From: Brenneria bubanii
GTDB lineage: Bacteria > Pseudomonadota > Gammaproteobacteria > Enterobacterales > Enterobacteriaceae
NCBI GenBank assembly: GCA_022378355.1
Contig: JAKMAJ010000010.1
Coordinates: 105,719-169,718 of the forward strand
DNA length: 64,000 bases
Reading direction: 5' to 3'
Position numbers and translations under genes: made by a program
The notes under the pieces: generated by a model
Databases searched by the model: none
The model's input: only the letters and a program-made list of their open reading frames with translations
What the model was told of the DNA's origin: nothing
Shown here: positions 51,228 to 64,000 of the stretch, one piece after another
Layout: each line of letters begins with the position of its first letter
How positions within the stretch are numbered: the stretch's first letter is position 1

Positions 51228-52826
51228 ATGATTTCCAGACATGGCAAGAAGCACAAACGTCATTGGTCTCTATTACTGACCGCCAGTATGTTGCCACTAC
51301 TGCTTGGGTTGCTGTTTACCTTCATCGAATCCCGGTTGATGGTAAAGCGAGACCTTGAATCTACTGCTCAAATCGTCATGTTTCACGCAGAACACATTGC
51401 CGCGCAGGCATGGTCGATGGTGGCCGAGCTTAATTATTTAGCCGGTCAGCCATGCAGCGCAATCAGCAATGACCTACAGCATCTGGGGTCGGTGTTCTCC
51501 TATTTTCGCACCATAGGCGTCATGCGAAACGGCAGGATTTACTGTTCATCGACACCGGGTCATATCGTAATACCAATGGATATGGCGGCGTCAGCGCCAG
51601 AACAATGGAGCCGGTCGGTTAACGAGGTTTCCAGCGCGAAAACCTGGCCGGCCATCCTCTTCGTGCAAACGCAGTCCCGGGGTTACGGATCTTATGTCGC
51701 CATCGATGCCCGCCATCTGACTGATCTGATGAATGCCGTCGGTCAGATGCGCAAATATCTGCTGACGCTGACCGTCAACCAGGGGTATCCCATTCAGGTT
51801 GGCCGTCCGATCTTCCCGGTATCTGGGATCTTCCCCACGATGGATTTAATTCTGAAATCAAATCGGTATCCGATCGTGATACGCGTGATGGCGCCGACTT
51901 CAGAGTCGATAAGGATTTGGAAAAAAACCTGTGTGACCTTCCTCCCTCTCGCCGTCATACTGTCGCTGATCTTCACCGTCATCATATGGCGCAAACAAAA
52001 ACGCAAGCGCCTGCGGCAGGATGAAATCCGCAAGGGCATCGCGAAAGGCGAGTTTTCCGTTTACTACCAGCCGATTTATGACACCCGGTCACAAAGCTGC
52101 ATAGGCGCGGAAGCGCTGTTGCGCTGGCGCCGCAGCAACGGGCAATGGATCAAGCCGGATATCTTTATCGCGACGGCGGAAACGGAAGGCATGATTATCC
52201 CCCTCACCTTACACCTGTTCGATCTTGTCGCGTCGGACATCGCCGGCTGGAAAGTCAGGCCGGGATTCCGCCTCGGCCTCAATGTCGCCGCAGATCATTT
52301 ACAGCATCCGAACTTCGTGACGGATGTCCGCAACTTTGCGGAAAGGGTCGTTTCGCATCAGTTGAACATCACGCTGGAGCTCACGGAGCGTACGCTGATA
52401 AGCAATGGGTCAGACGTGATACGGCGCTTGCAGCTGGTGCGTAGGGATGGAATCTCGATCTCTATTGACGATTTCGGCACCGGTCATTGCTCCCTCTCCT
52501 ACCTGCAAAATTTTCCGGTGGACTTTCTGAAGATCGATCGAGGTTTCATCCGTACCCTTTCATCGCCGGATGAAGAAGCGCCCATCCTTGACGCCATCAT
52601 TAACCTTAGCCACCGCATGAAGCTGGGAATGGTGTCGGAAGGCGTTGAAACCAAGGAACAACTGACTTATTTAGAACAGCGAGGCGTTATTTTTATTCAA
52701 GGATTTCTTTACGCCAAACCCATGAGCAGCGAATCTTTCATCGTCTGGTTTCACTACAACGGCGACCGATCGCTGGCGAGCGTTGCGCGCAAGCATGATT
52801 GCGCCGAGCCGCGACTGATAACCTAA
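51228..52826 (+). CDS. Membrane c-di-GMP phosphodiesterase: periplasmic CSS-motif sensor domain plus cytoplasmic EAL domain
   Basis: Two TM helices flank a periplasmic domain with Cys residues, followed by an EAL domain (…[20 protein letters not shown]…ELTER…DDFGTG…). Start chosen at the second Met for Shine-Dalgarno spacing (AAGGAG-N6-ATG). Confidence 0.8.
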   Translation: MISRHGKKHKRHWSLLLTASMLPLLLGLLFTFIESRLMVKRDLESTAQIVMFHAEHIAAQAWSMVAELNYLAGQPCSAISNDLQHLGSVFSYFRTIGVMRNGRIYCSSTPGHIVIPMDMAASAPEQWSRSVNEVSSAKTWPAILFVQTQSRGYGSYVAIDARHLTDLMNAVGQMRKYLLTLTVNQGYPIQVGRPIFPVSGIFPTMDLILKSNRYPIVIRVMAPTSESIRIWKKTCVTFLPLAVILSLIFTVIIWRKQKRKRLRQDEIRKGIAKGEFSVYYQPIYDTRSQSCIGAEALLRWRRSNGQWIKPDIFIATAETEGMIIPLTLHLFDLVASDIAGWKVRPGFRLGLNVAADHLQHPNFVTDVRNFAERVVSHQLNITLELTERTLISNGSDVIRRLQLVRRDGISISIDDFGTGHCSLSYLQNFPVDFLKIDRGFIRTLSSPDEEAPILDAIINLSHRMKLGMVSEGVETKEQLTYLEQRGVIFIQGFLYAKPMSSESFIVWFHYNGDRSLASVARKHDCAEPRLIT

Positions 52827-52879
52827 TGTAACCACGATTGATCTGAAACTGAAAAAAGAGAGAAAAACAGGAAAGGAAT

Positions 52880-52956
<77 letters not shown>

Positions 52957-53197
52957 AATGCGGGGCGCATATTACTGCTAGCCCATTGAAGCGTCAATCC
53001 CTTTTTAGAAAAAGGCTGATGGCTGGTGGTAAAGTATCCAGCCGCCGATTTTACGCCCTCTTCCTATTCCGCACCACGTTGCGTCTGGCGGATTAGGGTC
53101 TGAAACCGCGTGTTAATACGGAACCGGCGAACAAGACTTGAACGACACAACCAGTGACGTTAAGGTACTCGCTTATTATATATCCCGGTTCATCCCC

Positions 53198-53791
53198 ATG
53201 ATCACTATAGCTCTCGTTGACGATCACCTTATCGTTCGTTCTGGTTTTGCCCAACTGCTGGCGCTTGAGCCGGATATGCAGGTGGTCGGCGAATTTGGCT
53301 CCGGCCGCGAGGCGCTGGCCAGTCTGCCGGGACGCTCGGTGCAGGTCTGCATATGCGACATATCCATGCCCGATATTTCCGGTCTCGAACTGTTAAGCCA
53401 GTTGCCGACAGGGATGGCGGTGGTGATGCTGTCGGTTCACGATAGCCCGGCGCTGATTGAACAAGCGCTGCATGCTGGCGCGCGCGGATTTCTCTCCAAG
53501 CGTTGCAGTCCGGACGAACTCATTGCCGCGGTTCGCACGGTGGCGTCCGGCGGCAGCTACCTGACCCCGGACGTCGCGCTGAAGCTGGCCTCTTGCCGGC
53601 AGGATCCGCTGACTCGCCGCGAACATCAGGTGGCGGAAAAACTCGTACAGGGAATGGCGGTAAAAGAGATCGCCGCCGAACTCGGGCTATCGCCCAAGAC
53701 GGTACATGTCCACCGCGCCAATCTGATGGAAAAACTCGGCATCAATAATGATGTCGAGTTGGCCCGCCGACTGTTTGATGGTTGGCAATGA
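53198..53791 (+). CDS. uhpA: Response regulator UhpA (NarL/FixJ family)
   Basis: [21 protein letters not shown]… receiver domain plus a LuxR-type HTH. Followed by uhpB, uhpC and uhpT. Confidence 0.9.
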   Translation: MITIALVDDHLIVRSGFAQLLALEPDMQVVGEFGSGREALASLPGRSVQVCICDISMPDISGLELLSQLPTGMAVVMLSVHDSPALIEQALHAGARGFLSKRCSPDELIAAVRTVASGGSYLTPDVALKLASCRQDPLTRREHQVAEKLVQGMAVKEIAAELGLSPKTVHVHRANLMEKLGINNDVELARRLFDGWQ

Positions 53792-55290
53792 ACCCGTTAC
53801 TTACCCGCTTGCTCTCGATTGTCGCCAGCTGTTTTATCTTCTCCGCCGCATGGTTCTGCCTGTGGGGCATCAGTTTGCATCTGGTGGAGCGCCCGGAGCT
53901 GGCCGCCTTGCTCTTCCCATTTGGCCTGCGTCTGGGGTTGATGCTGCAATGTCCGCGCGCTTACTGGCCAGTATTGCAGGGCAGCGAATGGCTGCTGCTG
54001 GTTTGGCTATCGCGGGAGGTCGCCCTGCTTCATCTGCCCTTATTGATGATCGGAAGCCTGCTGTCGCTGCTGCCCGTCGCGTTGATCAGCCGCCAGCATC
54101 GTCAAAATGACTGGCACATCCTGTTATTACAGGGCGGCGCCCTGATTGCGGCTGCGCTTTTACAGTCGCTGCCATGGATTGGCGACGGGGAAAATACGCT
54201 TACCGTTCTGTTGCTGACGCTGACCGGCGGCCTGACGCTGGCGCCAACCTGTCTGGTCATCTGGCACTATCTGACCAGCGCGACCTGGCTGCCGCTTGGT
54301 CCGGCGCTGGTTTCACAACCGATCAACTGGCGTACCCGACATCTGGTCTGGTATCTGCTGTTGTTTGTGGTCAGTCTGTGGCTACAGCTGGGGCTGCCTA
54401 ACGAGCTGGCGCGCTTTACGCCGTTTTGTCTGGCGCTGCCGATTATCGCTCTCGCCTGGCATTATGGCTGGCAAGGCGCGCTGATCGCGACGCTGATGAA
54501 CGCCATCGCGCTGATAGCCAGCCAGACCTGGCACGATCATCCTATGGATTTGCTGCTCTCGTTGCTGGCGCAAAGTCTGACGGGACTGCTGCTGGGCGCG
54601 GGAATTCAGCGATTGAGAGAACTTAACCTGTCGTTGCAAAATCAGCTGGCCCGCAACCACCGCCTGGCGGAACGCTTGCTGGAAACCGAAGAGAGTGTGC
54701 GACGAGAGGTGGCGCGCGAACTGCACGACGATATCGGCCAGACCATTACCGCCATTCGTACGCAAGCCGGCATCCTGCAACGTCTTGCGCCGGACAACGC
54801 CGGCGTGAGGCAGAGCGGCGCGTTAATTGAAACGCTGTCTCTCGGCGTGTATGACTCGGTGCGCCGCCTGCTGGGCCGTCTGCGTCCACGCCAGCTAGAC
54901 GATCTCGCCCTTGAACAGGCGGTGCGTTCTCTGATGCGTGAAATGGAGTTGGAATCATACGGCATCGTAAGCCGGCTTAGCTGGAAAATCGATGAAGTGC
55001 GGCTCAGTGAAAGCCAGCGAGTCACGCTATTCCGCGTCTGTCAGGAAGGCCTGAACAACATCATCAAACACGCCAATGCCAATACGGTAATACTGCAATG
55101 CGGATATCACCATGGCCAACTGAGACTGGTGATTGAAGATGACGGCTGCGGACTGCCGCCGAATTCGGGACAGTTGGGCCTGGGTCTGGCCGGCATGCGC
55201 GAACGCGTCTCGGCTCTCGGTGGTTCGCTGCATATTTCCTGTACCCACGGCACTCGAGTCACCGTCAATCTGCCGCTGCGTAATCAATAA
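53788..55290 (+). CDS. uhpB: Sensor histidine kinase UhpB
   Basis: Colinear with E. coli UhpB (…[20 protein letters not shown]…[21 protein letters not shown]…). The ATG at 53788 overlaps the uhpA stop; an alternative ATG lies at 53782. Confidence 0.9.
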   Translation: MNPLLTRLLSIVASCFIFSAAWFCLWGISLHLVERPELAALLFPFGLRLGLMLQCPRAYWPVLQGSEWLLLVWLSREVALLHLPLLMIGSLLSLLPVALISRQHRQNDWHILLLQGGALIAAALLQSLPWIGDGENTLTVLLLTLTGGLTLAPTCLVIWHYLTSATWLPLGPALVSQPINWRTRHLVWYLLLFVVSLWLQLGLPNELARFTPFCLALPIIALAWHYGWQGALIATLMNAIALIASQTWHDHPMDLLLSLLAQSLTGLLLGAGIQRLRELNLSLQNQLARNHRLAERLLETEESVRREVARELHDDIGQTITAIRTQAGILQRLAPDNAGVRQSGALIETLSLGVYDSVRRLLGRLRPRQLDDLALEQAVRSLMREMELESYGIVSRLSWKIDEVRLSESQRVTLFRVCQEGLNNIIKHANANTVILQCGYHHGQLRLVIEDDGCGLPPNSGQLGLGLAGMRERVSALGGSLHISCTHGTRVTVNLPLRNQ

Positions 55291-55298
55291 GGATCGTC

Positions 55299-56639
55299 AT
55301 GTTTGGTTTTCTGAAAATCCCCCCCGGGATGCCGCCGCTTACCGACCGGCAAACCATTGACGATACGTATCGCTACTGGCGACGGCATATTCTGCTCTCT
55401 ATCTACCTGGGCTATGCGCTGTTTTACTTTACGCGCAAAAGTTTTAACGCCGCCGTGCCGGATATCCTCGCTAACGGGATTCTGACGCGTACCGACATCG
55501 GCCTGCTGGCGACGCTGTTTTACGTGACCTACGGGCTGTCGAAGTTCTTTTCCGGTATCGTCAGCGACCAGTCTAATGCGCGCTACTTTATGGGGCTGGG
55601 ACTGATTGCCAGCGGGGTGGTGAACATTCTATTCGGCTTTTCGTCATCGCTGTGGGTGTTTATTGTGCTGTGGATTGCCAACGCCGTCTTTCAGGGCTGG
55701 GGGTCGCCGGTGTGCGCGCGCTTACTCACAACCTGGTATTCGCGAACCGAGCGCGGCGGCTGGTGGGCGATCTGGAATACCGCGCATAACGTGGGCGGCG
55801 CGTTGATCCCCATGGTGGTGGGGGCGGCGGCGCTGCATTACGGCTGGCGAGCCGGACTGATGATCGCCGGCGCGCTGGCCATGCTGGTAGGGCTGATTTT
55901 ATGCTGGCGGCTACGCGATCGCCCGCAAACACTCGGCTTGCCAAGCGTAGGCGAATGGCGCCGCGATGCGCTGGAAATCGCTCAACAGCATGAAGGCGTA
56001 GGGCTGTCGCACCGGGAAATTTTGCATAAGTACGTGCTCACCAACCCTTATATCTGGCTGCTGGCGCTGTGCTACGTATTGGTTTACGTCGTGCGGGCCG
56101 CCATCAACGATTGGGGCAATCTGTACATGTCAGAAACGCTCGACGTCGACCTGGTTACCGCCAATTCGGCGGTAACCATGTTCGAGCTGGGCGGATTTAT
56201 CGGCGCGTTGGTCGCTGGCTGGGGATCGGACAAGCTGTTCAATGGCAACCGCGGACCGATGAACCTGATTTTCGCCGCCGGCATCCTGCTTTCCGTCGGT
56301 TCGCTTTGGCTGATGCCGTTCGCCAGCTATGTCATGCAGGCAGCCTGCTTCTTTACCACCGGATTTTTTGTGTTCGGTCCGCAAATGTTGATTGGCATGG
56401 CGGCGGCGGAATGCTCGCACAAAGAGGCTGCCGGCGCCGCGACCGGTTTCGTCGGGCTATTTGCCTATCTGGGCGCGTCGCTCTCCGGTTGGCCGCTGGC
56501 GCAGATTATGGATATCTGGCACTGGACCGGTTTCTTTGCGGTGATTGCTGTCGCGGCCGGCGTTTCTGCGCTGCTGCTGCTGCCGTTTTTGAATGCGCAG
56601 GCGCCGCGCGATAAAAAAAATCGGCCTTCAGAAGCGTGA
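55299..56639 (+). CDS. uhpC: Glucose-6-phosphate sensor/transporter-like protein UhpC (MFS)
   Basis: Near-colinear with E. coli UhpC (…RYRYWRRHILL.I.LGYALFYFTRKSFNAAVP.ILANG…). Confidence 0.9.
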   Translation: MFGFLKIPPGMPPLTDRQTIDDTYRYWRRHILLSIYLGYALFYFTRKSFNAAVPDILANGILTRTDIGLLATLFYVTYGLSKFFSGIVSDQSNARYFMGLGLIASGVVNILFGFSSSLWVFIVLWIANAVFQGWGSPVCARLLTTWYSRTERGGWWAIWNTAHNVGGALIPMVVGAAALHYGWRAGLMIAGALAMLVGLILCWRLRDRPQTLGLPSVGEWRRDALEIAQQHEGVGLSHREILHKYVLTNPYIWLLALCYVLVYVVRAAINDWGNLYMSETLDVDLVTANSAVTMFELGGFIGALVAGWGSDKLFNGNRGPMNLIFAAGILLSVGSLWLMPFASYVMQAACFFTTGFFVFGPQMLIGMAAAECSHKEAAGAATGFVGLFAYLGASLSGWPLAQIMDIWHWTGFFAVIAVAAGVSALLLLPFLNAQAPRDKKNRPSEA

Positions 56640-56780
56640 CCCGCTTCACCTTTTTCCACCGAAAAGCCTAAAACCGAGAAAATTTCTTAGTTCTGACTGG
56701 ATGATATCCTAGGCCAGCAGCGGCCTTACTTCCTTACAATGCAGCCATTTTCCAGCGTTCGCAAGTAAGAGGAGATAACC
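56640..56780 (+). promoter_or_regulatory. uhpT promoter region, expected to carry UhpA and CRP binding sites
   Basis: 141-bp intergenic region between uhpC and uhpT. By analogy with E. coli, this is where the UhpA-dependent promoter resides. No motif was confidently assigned. Confidence 0.3.
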
Positions 56781-58172
56781 ATGCTGGCCTTTCTTAATCA
56801 GGTGCGCAAACCGACCCTGAACCTGCCGCTCGAAGAGCGGCGTAAAATGTGGTTCAAGCCCTTTATGCAGTCCTATCTGGTGGTCTTTATCGGCTACCTG
56901 ACGATGTATCTGATCCGCAAGAACTTTAATATCGCTCAAAACGATATGATCTCCACCTACGGCTTGAGCATGACTCAACTGGGGATGATTGGCCTGGGAT
57001 TCTCCATCACCTACGGCGTAGGAAAAACCCTGGTTTCCTACTACGCCGATGGAAAAAACACCAAACAATTCCTGCCGTTTATGCTGATTCTGTCCGCCAT
57101 CTGTATGCTGGGCTTCAGCGCCAGCATGGGGGCCGGTTCCGTCAGCCTATTTCTGATGATTGCCTTCTATGCGTTGAGCGGATTCTTCCAGAGCACCGGC
57201 GGGTCATGCAGCTATTCCACCATCACCAAGTGGACGCCGCGCCGTAAGCGCGGAACCTATCTCGGCATGTGGAATATCTCCCATAACCTCGGCGGCGCAG
57301 GTGCGGCAGGCGTAGCGCTGTTCGGCGCCAACTACCTGTTCAACGGCCACGTAATCGGCATGTTCATCGTGCCCTCGATTATAGCGCTGGTTGTCGGCTT
57401 TATCGGCCTGCGTTATGGCAATGACTCGCCGGAAGCCTATGGTCTGGGTAAAGCGGAAGAGTTGTTCGGCGAAGTAATCAGCGATGAGGACAAAGAAACA
57501 GAAGAAAATTCGATGACCAAATGGCAAATCTTTGTCGAGTACGTGCTGAAAAACAAGGTCATCTGGTTATTGTGTTTCTCCAACGTCTTCCTGTACGTGG
57601 TGCGTATTGGTATCGACCAGTGGTCCACCGTATACGCCTTCCAGGAGCTAAAGCTGTCGAAAGAGGTTGCTATTCAGGGCTTTACCCTGTTTGAGGCCGG
57701 CGCGTTGGTCGGTACCCTGCTGTGGGGATATCTATCCGACCTGGCCAATGGTCGCCGCGCGTTGGTTGCCTGTATCGCGCTGGCGCTGATCATCGCCACG
57801 CTGGGCGTTTACCAACATGCCAGCAACCCATACATCTACCTCTCCTCATTATTTGCGCTTGGCTTCCTGGTCTTTGGTCCGCAATTGCTGATTGGCGTCG
57901 CCGCCGTAGGCTTTGTTCCGAAAAAAGCGATCAGCGCCGCTGACGGCATCAAAGGCACCTTCGCCTATCTGATTGGCGACAGCTTCGCAAAACTGGGGCT
58001 GGGAATGATTGCCGACGGTACGCCGATCTTCGGTCTGACCGGTTGGGCGGGCACCTTCGCCGCGCTGGATACCGCCGCTATCTGCTGTATCTGCCTGATG
58101 GCGATGGTCGCCGTGATGGAGGAACGTAAAATCCGCCGCGAAAATCGTATTCGCAAACAAAAAACTGCGTAA
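56781..58172 (+). CDS. uhpT: Hexose-6-phosphate:phosphate antiporter UhpT (MFS)
   Basis: Nearly identical to E. coli UhpT over its whole length ([115 protein letters not shown]…). Confidence 0.95.
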   Translation: MLAFLNQVRKPTLNLPLEERRKMWFKPFMQSYLVVFIGYLTMYLIRKNFNIAQNDMISTYGLSMTQLGMIGLGFSITYGVGKTLVSYYADGKNTKQFLPFMLILSAICMLGFSASMGAGSVSLFLMIAFYALSGFFQSTGGSCSYSTITKWTPRRKRGTYLGMWNISHNLGGAGAAGVALFGANYLFNGHVIGMFIVPSIIALVVGFIGLRYGNDSPEAYGLGKAEELFGEVISDEDKETEENSMTKWQIFVEYVLKNKVIWLLCFSNVFLYVVRIGIDQWSTVYAFQELKLSKEVAIQGFTLFEAGALVGTLLWGYLSDLANGRRALVACIALALIIATLGVYQHASNPYIYLSSLFALGFLVFGPQLLIGVAAVGFVPKKAISAADGIKGTFAYLIGDSFAKLGLGMIADGTPIFGLTGWAGTFAALDTAAICCICLMAMVAVMEERKIRRENRIRKQKTA

Positions 58173-58215
58173 CGAATTGACAAAAAGCGCCCGGCGCATA
58201 CGCCGGGCCTCTCCA

Positions 58216-59892
58216 TCAGCTTCCCTTGTTGCACCAGTTGTTTTTAGGATTGATGCCGCCGTCCGGCGAGGTATAGCCAAGACATCCCAATATCGAGTCA
58301 AACAGCTCCTCATGACGGTGCGTGTTTCCTATCCGCTGTTGGGCCTTGAGCCGATCGAAAGCATCCAGGTTATCGGCGTCCGTCAGGAATTTATCCGATG
58401 CCCATACCATCATCGGCGCGCGAAACTGTTCCGCCGGCGCCATTTCGCGCGGCGTACCGTGCAGATGAGAGTTTTCGCCAATGGATTCGCCGTGATCGGA
58501 GGCGTAAAACACCAAAGCCTTCTTATCGCGCACTTGGTTAATCACGTTGTCGATGAAGCTGTCGGTATACAATACGCTGTTATCGAATGCGTTAATCAAC
58601 TGCTCGCGCGAACAGGAGGCGTCCACGCCCATACATTCCGGCTGATAACGCGCGTAGCTGCGGGGATAGCGCATGGAATAGAGATAGTGAGACCCCTTGG
58701 TATGCAGCACAATCAGATGCTTGCCTTTAGGATAGCGCGCCAGAGATTCTTTCACTTCGTCCACCAACAGCATGTCGTCTACGGATTTGCCATCGTTGCT
58801 TTTTTCCGACGCGATCATTTCACGAAAAGAGTAGTTATTCGCCTCAATGCTGTTATAAAACCAGACTTCACTCTGCATCGCGAATAGCTCCGACGTGAAC
58901 CCCAGTTCCTTTAATACCGCAAAGATATTCTGCTCTTTCAACGTCCGTTGCGGGTTGTCTTCCGTTCCGCCTTCCCGAACAAACATGCAGCGCATGGAAA
59001 GTTTGGTCGAGGTATCGCAGGATTGTCCGCGGAAAGCCACCAGATTCTTTTCTTTCGACAGTTTCGGCGTGGTATCGCGTTCATAGCCAAGCAGACCCAT
59101 ATGATCCCAGCGGGTGGTTTCGCCAATGATGAATACCACATAGGTATCATCAATCCCTTTTGGCGGAAGATAAGTGAAATGCTTGCCGGGATCGAAAAGA
59201 TTATCCGCATCCTGATTTTCGTCATATTTGGTATAAGCGAACAGCCCCAACGCAGACAGCCAGTTTGACGGCAGATAAGAGTGGGCGACCACCCCGCCAT
59301 AGCTGGGTAAATCAACGTTAGAAGACTTCTCAGAGATTGACTGGGCTTCACCCATATAGCGAATAGGTAACCAGACCAGGGCAACCACCGCCAGCAACAC
59401 CAGTATCGACGACAGGCGTTTTCCCGGCGACTTCAGCTGTTCAATCAGGGTATGGCGTAATGCGCTTTTCCAAATCAGCAGCAGGGGCAGAGCGCTCACC
59501 AGCACCATCCACAGAATAAACCGGAAACCAATCACCTCTTTGGACAGATCGATATCCGTGGTCATCACCGCGGCGATAATGCCGTAGCCAATAACGACAT
59601 TAAAAAAGGTCATGTAGTAGCTGGCTGCCACTGAAATAAGCACCAGCAGCGAGGCGATAATCCGGTAAAAAAGCCGTCCACCCAGCGAAATAATACGCAT
59701 CAGGAAAAAGGTAAAAAAGATACAGGCGCTCAGCTCAATCATCATGGGTATGAACTTTGATATCTGCGTACCTGCCAGCATCGAAAAAGAATCAAAACGG
59801 CGATGAAAAACAGAAAGATTAAGAAAAAACCCTATATATATTGCCAGTATGAACGATAACTTGGTTTGTGAAAAAGAAGGGCTAAACTTCAT
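58216..59892 (-). CDS. eptB: Kdo2-lipid A phosphoethanolamine transferase EptB
   Basis: Colinear with E. coli EptB (…QKLSF.LAIYIG.F.N..VF.RRF…YYMTF.NVVIGYGIIA.VMTTDIDLSKEV.G…VDLPSYGGVVA.SYLPSNWLSALGL…TYVVFIIGETTRWDHMG…CLGYTSPDGGIN). Confidence 0.9.
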   Translation of the reverse strand: MKFSPSFSQTKLSFILAIYIGFFLNLSVFHRRFDSFSMLAGTQISKFIPMMIELSACIFFTFFLMRIISLGGRLFYRIIASLLVLISVAASYYMTFFNVVIGYGIIAAVMTTDIDLSKEVIGFRFILWMVLVSALPLLLIWKSALRHTLIEQLKSPGKRLSSILVLLAVVALVWLPIRYMGEAQSISEKSSNVDLPSYGGVVAHSYLPSNWLSALGLFAYTKYDENQDADNLFDPGKHFTYLPPKGIDDTYVVFIIGETTRWDHMGLLGYERDTTPKLSKEKNLVAFRGQSCDTSTKLSMRCMFVREGGTEDNPQRTLKEQNIFAVLKELGFTSELFAMQSEVWFYNSIEANNYSFREMIASEKSNDGKSVDDMLLVDEVKESLARYPKGKHLIVLHTKGSHYLYSMRYPRSYARYQPECMGVDASCSREQLINAFDNSVLYTDSFIDNVINQVRDKKALVFYASDHGESIGENSHLHGTPREMAPAEQFRAPMMVWASDKFLTDADNLDAFDRLKAQQRIGNTHRHEELFDSILGCLGYTSPDGGINPKNNWCNKGS

Positions 59893-60378
59893 TGCGACGA
59901 ATGCTCCGACAAAACTTTATTTATTATCTGAAGCTATAGGACAACAACGTCATGCCAGAGTTCAGACTCGGAAAATAAGTCGTTATCTTTGTAAAAAGAA
60001 GTATTGGGCCATTTGTCCGTTTAAAAAACGCGTTAACGTCACCAGCCGAATCAGCGAAAGGAAAAAGATATTTATACTTAAACATCAAAAACTTAAAAAA
60101 TTTATTCAGAACAGGCACGACTGCCGCCTGTTTTTGGGTTAATTAAACCACGCTTTATTTGTGGATATATGTGGTTAATCAGTCAATACGTTAAATAATT
60201 AAATTTATTTTCCTTAGCCTGGCTCGATTATTTCACGATACTCATGTTCGGAGCTATTATGCCTCTTGTTTACGTACCAATACATAACCTGTTGATTATT
60301 TAGAATATGGATCTAACACCTATCCCTTCGACATCTTTGTTTCTAATCCTATTAAGCAGCCCAGGGACCGCATGAAAA

Positions 60379-62178
<1,800 letters not shown>

Positions 62179-62383
62179 TCATTTGCAATCTGCATGAAAA
62201 ATAAAGGGAATCCGTTGCGCAACACACAATTATGCGGCGGGCGGCGCGCATTTATGCTGGCATAACAATAAAACATTCAACGATGATATTTATCGCAACG
62301 CGACTGATGGCGTATCGCCGTGTATAATGTGAGGAAATGCACGCTCGGCGGCATCTATACCAATAATCAATCGCAATTAATAA

Positions 62384-63022
<639 letters not shown>

Positions 63023-63076
63023 CGGCTCTTTCAGTATGATGCCCAGTCATTTTATTTCCCTGTGGAGTAGCACATT

Positions 63077-63352
63077 ATGGCACGCGTAACTGTTCAAGAC
63101 GCTGTAGAGAAAATTGGTAATCGTTTTGACCTGGTGTTGGTCGCTGCTCGTCGCGCCCGCCAAATCCAAACCGGCGGCAAAGACCCGTTGGTTGCGGAAG
63201 AGAACGATAAATACACCGTGATCGCGTTACGCGAGATCGAAGAAGGTCTGATCAACGCCCAAATTCTGGACGTTCGTGACCGTCAGGAGCAGCAAGAGCA
63301 AGAAGCCGCTGAAATTCAAGCGGTTAGCGCGATTGCTGAAGGCCGCCGTTAA
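63077..63352 (+). CDS. rpoZ: DNA-directed RNA polymerase subunit omega
   Basis: [29 protein letters not shown]… 91 aa. Confidence 0.95.
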   Translation: MARVTVQDAVEKIGNRFDLVLVAARRARQIQTGGKDPLVAEENDKYTVIALREIEEGLINAQILDVRDRQEQQEQEAAEIQAVSAIAEGRR

Positions 63353-63370
63353 GTAGACTATGAGTCGCCC

Positions 63371-64000
63371 TTGTATCTTTTTGAAAGCCTGAATCTGCTG
63401 ATACAACGTTATCTGCCGGAAGAGCAGATTAAACGTTTACGGCAAGCTTACCTTGTTGCACGTGACGCTCACGAGGGGCAGTCGCGCTCCAGTGGTGAAC
63501 CTTATATTACTCACCCTGTCGCCGTGGCCTGTATCCTGGCCGAGATGCGTCTCGATTATGAGACGCTGATGGCGGCCTTGCTGCACGATGTGATCGAGGA
63601 TACGCCCACCACCTACCAGGATATAGAACAGCTTTTCGGCAAGAGCGTGGCCGAACTGGTGGAAGGCGTCTCCAAGCTGGATAAGCTGAAATTTCGCGAT
63701 AAGAAAGAAGCGCAGGCTGAAAACTTTCGCAAAATGATTATGGCGATGGTGCAAGATATCCGCGTCATTCTGATTAAACTGGCCGACCGTACCCACAATA
63801 TGCGCACGCTGGGCGCGCTTCGCCCGGACAAGCGTCGCCGCATCGCGCGCGAAACGCTGGAAATATATAGCCCTCTGGCGCATCGTCTGGGTATCCATAA
63901 TCTGAAAACCGAGCTTGAAGAGCTGGGTTTCGAAGCCCTTTATCCTAATCGTTACCGCGTGATTAAAGAGGTGGTTAAGGCCGCCCGCGGCAACAGAAAG
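63371..64000 (+). CDS. spoT: Bifunctional (p)ppGpp synthetase/hydrolase SpoT, N-terminal portion (TTG start); continues beyond the window
   Basis: From TTG at 63371 it reads LYLFESLNLLIQRYLPEEQIKRLRQAYLVARDAHEGQSRSSGEPYITHPVAVA…HD domain…, matching E. coli SpoT, which also uses a TTG start. The reading frame is still open at base 64000. Confidence 0.9.
   Translation, partial: MYLFESLNLLIQRYLPEEQIKRLRQAYLVARDAHEGQSRSSGEPYITHPVAVACILAEMRLDYETLMAALLHDVIEDTPTTYQDIEQLFGKSVAELVEGVSKLDKLKFRDKKEAQAENFRKMIMAMVQDIRVILIKLADRTHNMRTLGALRPDKRRRIARETLEIYSPLAHRLGIHNLKTELEELGFEALYPNRYRVIKEVVKAARGNRK

Overview
This window is a chromosomal segment from an enterobacterial genome with roughly 58-60% GC, dense coding, and no IS elements, integrases, phage genes or CRISPR arrays. 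Gene order, 5' to 3':
- Cellulose synthase genes bcsB (3' part) and bcsC with no bcsZ between them, then an orphan hicB antitoxin and an old-yellow-enzyme/FadH-like flavin oxidoreductase.
- The complete D-Ala-D-Ala utilisation operon ddpXABCDF on the minus strand, preceded by an RpiR-family regulator and a sigma54 promoter.
- An NADP-oxidoreductase/LysR divergent pair.
- A sigma54-driven polar amino-acid ABC transporter operon ending in an M20 carbamoylase-type amidohydrolase and a DUF1989 protein, followed by an XRE-cupin regulator.
- A frameshifted ggt, then eamA, katG and gor.
- A block that E. coli does not have between gor and rlmJ: rtcR with rbn (RNase BN/Z) directly downstream, and a divergent sigma54 promoter driving a two-gene operon for a TM-less SPFH/band-7 protein and a Pol-beta-type nucleotidyltransferase instead of rtcBA. 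A tRNA 3'-fragment-like element sits in the long leader of that operon.
- rlmJ, a ybeU(DUF1266)/J-protein/hscC chaperone module, a MetE-like methyltransferase, then prlC, rsmJ, uspA, uspB, pitA, yhiN in E. coli-like order.
- A CSS-EAL c-di-GMP phosphodiesterase, tRNA-Pro(CGG), uhpABCT, eptB, ligB, gmk, rpoZ and the start of spoT.
The most interesting feature is the RtcR-associated SPFH plus nucleotidyltransferase module with the tRNA-like leader element. This looks like a non-canonical RtcR-controlled RNA-damage or stress system. Most long ORFs in the supplied track that run antisense to these genes are high-GC artefacts.
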